Assembly (NCBI GenBank): GCA_001275005.1
Contig: JWZX01003089.1
Location: 1 to 35,842, forward strand
Length of the DNA: 35,842 bases
DNA from: Chrysochromulina tobinii
Taxonomy: Eukaryota
Direction of reading: 5' to 3'
Positions 31,625 through 35,842 of the stretch are shown piece by piece. The first letter of the stretch is position 1; every line of letters begins with the position of its first letter. The notes under the pieces were generated by a model. It saw nothing but the letters and a program-made list of their open reading frames with translations, was not told the DNA's origin and ran no database searches. A program made the translations under genes and the position numbers.

Positions 31625-33330
31625 ATGGGCGGCGCGTGGCGCGTGGCGAGGCTCGTCCTTCTCGGCCTCGTACCTCTTCCCGGCGGCGCGGCGGCGGCGG
31701 CGCTTCTGCCGAGTGCGCCAGGCACGCTGCGGAGAAGGGCAGCGCCAGGGTCAGTGCAAATGGCCAGCGATGACCGACCCATTAGCGCGCTTCTGGACGT
31801 GGCGCTCACCGCGTGCCAGGACATGACCGAGCTCATAGAGGCCGTCTACAAGCAGCTCAACACAAAAGAGCCGGGCGCGAGTGTGCTGAAGGAGGACAAG
31901 TCGTTCTTCTCGCTAGCCGACGGCGTCGTGCAGGTGAGCGTAAGCGCGGCTGGCAGCCTCGGCCTCGGCCGGCGCGCCCCGAATGATTAATCCATTGACG
32001 AACGATTCCGAATTCTTGTTGCGGACAAATGCACACGGATGCTGACGGAGGCTCTGCAAGGCGCGGCGCACAGGCAGCGTGCGAGCCCAGCGAGCCCGAC
32101 CCGCGTGCTGCCACTCGCGTTCGCGCGCGCAGGCACTGCTCATGCGGCTGCTCCGTGGGCGCGTGGGCGCCGTCGTGGGCGAAGAGGACGAGGCATCGAT
32201 CAGTATCGAAGGCGACGGTCCGTTCCGCGCAGCTGAGATCGAGGCGCCCGCGGCGCTCGAGCCGATGATCATCAAGCTGCGCGCGCGCATGGATGCCCTC
32301 GCGAGCACCATCCCGCCTTCGGAGACGCTTGCCGCACTCACGGCCTTCATCGACCCGATCGACGGCACACGAGAGTTTTGCACCGAGCTGGGAGAGCAAT
32401 GCTCGATCTGCGTGGGCTTTGCCGATGGGGCTGGCCAGGCCGTGGGCGGCCTCGTCTACCGGCCCCTCTGCGCGCAACGCTCGTGGGCGCTTGGCTGCCA
32501 ACGTGAGGGCACGTGCCGGAGCGAGCTCCGAACGCCCGAGACGGCGCTCCGCACGCCCGAGACGGCGCTCCGAACGCCCGAGACGGCGCTTCGAGCGCCC
32601 GAGACGGCGCTCCGCACACCCGAGACGGCGCCGGACGTGGGCGCCTTTTTGTGCAGCAATGGCGGCACGAGCCGCTTCCTTCAGGCAGTGCAGGCAGAGC
32701 TCGGGTACGCCACGTTCCCATTGATTACCCTTGTGTACCCTTGAGTACCCTTGAGTACCCTTGAGTACCCTTGTGTACCCTTGTGTACCCTTGAGTACCC
32801 TTGAGTACCCTTGAGTACCATTGATTACCCTTGATTACCCTTGATTACCCTTCCGCAGGTACGCCACGTACCCAGCGGGCGGCGCGGGCAATAAAGCCCT
32901 CCTAGTCCTCGAGCTGCCCACAGCGGTCTACATACAGGATCGAGGAGTCAGTAGATGGGATTCCTGCGCGGCGCAGGCGGTGCTTGAGGCGCACGGCGGC
33001 GTCTTCTCGCGCCTTGATACGGTAGCTGCTCCCGCGCCCGACGCGCCGGCGTCCGAGGCTTCCGATACCACGATCGCCGCCGCCTCCCTTGCGCGCTACA
33101 CGTACGCAAAGGGTTCCGTCAACTCGGTCTTCGTGCCTCTGCAGAGCATGCTGACCAAGTACAATGCGCGGCCGGGCGTGCCTACGGGCGGCCTAGCCGC
33201 CTCGGCCGAGCAGTTCAAGCCGTACGCGAACGTGTGCGGCCTCTTTGCTCTCTCGGCAGCGGCGGACACGGCGAGCATCGCGGCGGCTGTGCGGCGCGTC
33301 GCGAGAGAGGTGCCGCCAAGCTACGATTGA
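31625..33330 (+). CDS. Inositol monophosphatase/3'(2'),5'-bisphosphate nucleotidase (BPNT/CysQ) family protein, probably plastid-targeted; exons 31625-31933, 32133-32704, 32859-33330
   Basis: KEDKSFFSLAD..VQ|AL, VVGEE, FIDPIDGTREF, GGAGNK, WDSCAAQAVLEAHGG. The hydrophobic N-terminus is followed by an Arg/Ala-rich segment ending VQMA. Confidence 0.85.
32526..32630 (+). repeat. 21-nt coding tandem repeat x5 (LRTPETA)
   Basis: CTCCGAACGCCCGAGACGGCG-like units. Confidence 0.9.
32705..32858 (+). other. GT-AG intron: copy of the downstream exon start plus a (TTGAGTACCC)n decamer array
   Basis: Intron start GTACGCCACGTTCCCA versus exon start GTACGCCACGTACCCA. Confidence 0.9.
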
Positions 33331-33500
33331 ATGGCATGGCGCGAGAGAGGTGCCGCCAAGCTACGATTGAATGGCATGGCGCGAGAGAGGTGCCACCAAG
33401 CTACGATTGAATGGCATGGCGCGAGAGAGGTGCCACCAAGCTACGATTGAATGGCATGGCGCGAGAGAGGTGCCACCAAGCTACGATTGAATGGCATGGC
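33301..33500 (+). repeat. 40-bp minisatellite x5 that includes the BPNT stop codon
   Basis: GCGAGAGAGGTGCC(G/A)CCAAGCTACGATTGAATGGCATGGC; two G copies are followed by three A copies. Confidence 0.97.
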
Positions 33501-34780
33501 GGACCGTCGAAGCCGGAGCGGAGTGGCGAGGCACGCTGGGTAGCCGCGCGTCTTATTAGGAACTCACTCACGACTTAGAGGAGCCGCAGCTTCCGAAAAA
33601 GTATAATCCGTCCGGATTAATTGTTCAGGTGAGTCACTGTACGGGCGAGGGCCGTGTTCAGGAGAGCAGAGTGTTTGCCGCCGCGCGCGCTCGGCTGGGC
33701 CGCGTCGCCCGCACGCCCCGCCCCAAAGTGCTGCCCCATCTCACGCTCAGAAGTCGAATCTCTCTGCACCCGGACAGCACAACAGCTGCTGCGGAGCGGT
33801 GGGGCCTCTGTTGTGTGAACATATCCTCTCGGCCGAAGGGAAGGTGCTTGTGGTCTGCGATCGATGGCTCGAGGACTACTGCACGGAATCGTCGCCGTGA
33901 CGGCCTCGGCACATTCGCCTGTGCCGTCGCCTTCGACCGTTGTGCCGCCTCCGCCGCTCCCGCCCGCGCCCGACGGCGGATTGAGCTCTTTGCCGGCGCC
34001 GCGGCCGCCTTCGACTGAGCTTGGATGAGCCCTCCTGGGTAGCCAGCATGATGGGCAACAACTCGCGCACTCCACAACCATCGTGAGCTCCGGGTCGATC
34101 GTGGGCAGCGTCGCCTCGGCGTCCCTATTGGATGACGTGCGTGCAGCCCCCGAGGCCAGCGACATTCCCGGGCTGTCCTCCTTGCAGCTTGTGCCTAGCC
34201 ACACCTTTTGGCAGTATGGGCACCAAGGTGCCGCGCACCGACGCCTCAGGCTGCCCGAAGGTGCGCACGAGCGCTTGTAGTGTATCGGGCCAGTCGCCTG
34301 GTCGGGTGGCACGTACGACGCAGCTAATGGCGCGAGCTCCGACCAGCTCAGCGCGCGCTGCGCACCGCGCGCGCGCTTGGGCGAGAGGTCTGGCGGCCTT
34401 CGCGACCAGCATATAATAATTGCATGTAACTTTCTCGGAAATGTCGCATGCGCCGTCTTGGGCGTGAACGGAATTCACACGGGTCAACGTCATCCGGGAT
34501 CCCGCCTTCACAGTTCGCCCAGGGTTTCGTTGCACGGTGTTTTCGCGCAATCCAGCAAGTTCCAGCAACGCCCTCTCCGGAAAGAGACCTTCCGAGCGAA
34601 GCAGCTTCCGTGAGTCAACTCTTGCGCGTCGTCGCCCCTTCTTCGATGATGTTGGGCACCTTCCTGCTCGTCGTCGCTGCCGAGAGCGTAACCTCTACAC
34701 CCTTTGTTGGGGCAAACGTGCGGCGGGCGACTCATCAGCTCTTCCTCGGCGGCGCCTCGCCTCCCCCCCATTCACTCTGC

Positions 34781-35842
34781 ATGAACACGGACGTATGCGC
34801 CTCGGACAACTATTGCGACAGCCCCGGCTCCGAGTTGCCGATGTGCGCGTACGGCGCTGACTGCGTGGACTGCGCCCCGCGCATGCCGCGCTCGCCCCCG
34901 CAGCCACCGGTCTCCAGCCCACCGCGCCCCATCGCGTCAACACCTCCTGCATCCGCGGCACCCCCTGCCCTTTTCATCAACACTGTCTCTCGCATCGGAA
35001 TGCCAGCTGATGCCTCGGATGGCTGCTGCGACGACGGCGGCCCGGGCGTCGAGTACCCGGATGGCCAGTACGGCACCGACTGCGCCGACTGCGGCATGCG
35101 TCAACCGCTGCCGACCGCTAGTTCACCCCCCGGCAAGGGCATCTGCTTGGAGACGTGCTTCGGCGCCGACTGCGCCGACGGCGGATCGCACCCCGTCGTG
35201 CAATCGTCGCCGCCGCCTGTGGCTCTACCACCTCCATCGCCTCCAAGGATGCCGCCCACTCCTGGCAGCATCTCGGCCGGCACGCCCTCGCCGCCCTCGC
35301 CAAAGTCAACGGCCCCTCCGCCGCAGGCGCCACCGTCCGCACCCTCGCCACCGCGGCCTTCGCCACCGCCGCCGCCGATGCACCCCCCCTCGTCGCCCTT
35401 GCCGAGCTCGCTGCCGCCACCGCAAGGCGCCACCTTACACACGCATGCCAACTCTGCAGCCACGGGATGGAAGGCCACCGCTCTCCAAGGCGAGATGGGT
35501 CGACTCGCTTGCCTGCTCTCGATGGTCTTCTTTGCGATGGCTGGCCTCGTCGCACGGTTGGTGGGGCTGTGTAGAGCACTACGTTCGAGCAGGATGCGAG
35601 ACGGGATGCGAGGAGCACGTGGGAGTCGGCGAGGAAGGTCGCATTCGGGATGTGCTCGATGGAGAGTCTGGCTGGCTATCCTCCTCAGCTTCGGCAGGAT
35701 GGCGAGCGTTGAATGCCAAACGACGTGCTCTAACTGCGCCGGGCAAACATGCTCAGGTGGCCATTATTGCAGAAGTTCGTGTTGGAACCCTTCGGGGTCG
35801 TTTTGCGGTTGCTGTCCGCATTTGGCATGGGGATGTGGGCCA
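34781..35842 (+). CDS. Cys-rich repeat/Pro-rich putative surface protein, partial (open to the window end)
   Basis: Manual translation finds no stop from ATG 34781 to the end: CAYGADCVDCAPR, CCDDGGPG..YGTDCADCG, SPPPP tracts, a hydrophobic segment LACLLSMVFFAMAGLV, then more Cys-rich sequence. The true start is uncertain. Confidence 0.6.
   Translation, partial: MNTDVCASDNYCDSPGSELPMCAYGADCVDCAPRMPRSPPQPPVSSPPRPIASTPPASAAPPALFINTVSRIGMPADASDGCCDDGGPGVEYPDGQYGTDCADCGMRQPLPTASSPPGKGICLETCFGADCADGGSHPVVQSSPPPVALPPPSPPRMPPTPGSISAGTPSPPSPKSTAPPPQAPPSAPSPPRPSPPPPPMHPPSSPLPSSLPPPQGATLHTHANSAATGWKATALQGEMGRLACLLSMVFFAMAGLVARLVGLCRALRSSRMRDGMRGARGSRRGRSHSGCARWRVWLAILLSFGRMASVECQTTCSNCAGQTCSGGHYCRSSCWNPSGSFCGCCPHLAWGCGP

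Noticed and set aside
32715..32850. Interstitial telomere repeats
   Set aside because: The unit is a 10-mer (TTGAGTACCC/TTGATTACCC), not CCCTAA-type, and it lies within a well-defined intron.
33301..33500. Possible CRISPR array
   Set aside because: The units are contiguous with no unique spacers, there are no cas genes, and the context is eukaryotic.

Overview
This is GC-rich eukaryotic nuclear DNA with spliceosomal introns. A haptophyte alga (Chrysochromulina-like) is inferred from the intron style and gene content. Left to right: (1) two back-to-back, 5'-truncated fragments of an RNase H- and CCHC-bearing non-LTR retrotransposon, forming a long inverted repeat (65-4510); (2) a spliced TruD/PUS7 pseudouridine synthase; (3) a Skp1/F-box/BspA-LRR fusion gene; (4) a zone of gene fragments (EEP nuclease, WD40, duplicated linker modules); (5) a ~1790-aa NZF/PARP6-8-like/OTU deubiquitinase/coiled-coil gene; (6) a DUF4116/zinc-finger/F-box-like gene; (7) a small Cys-rich protein ending in KEEL; (8) a WW protein; (9) an FkbM methyltransferase; (10) a membrane protein; (11) a COMMD8-like gene; (12) a 7-exon USP4/11/15-type deubiquitinase; (13) a BPNT/IMPase-family phosphatase with a likely plastid presequence; (14) a Cys/Pro-rich ORF running off the right end. 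The most striking signal is intron architecture. By eye, 10 of 13 modelled introns carry a duplicated copy of the flanking exon plus either ~10-nt tandem repeats or a shared ~37-nt 3'-splice-site cassette, which suggests a duplication-driven intron-generating process. Domain calls come from recognising motifs by eye; no searches were run.
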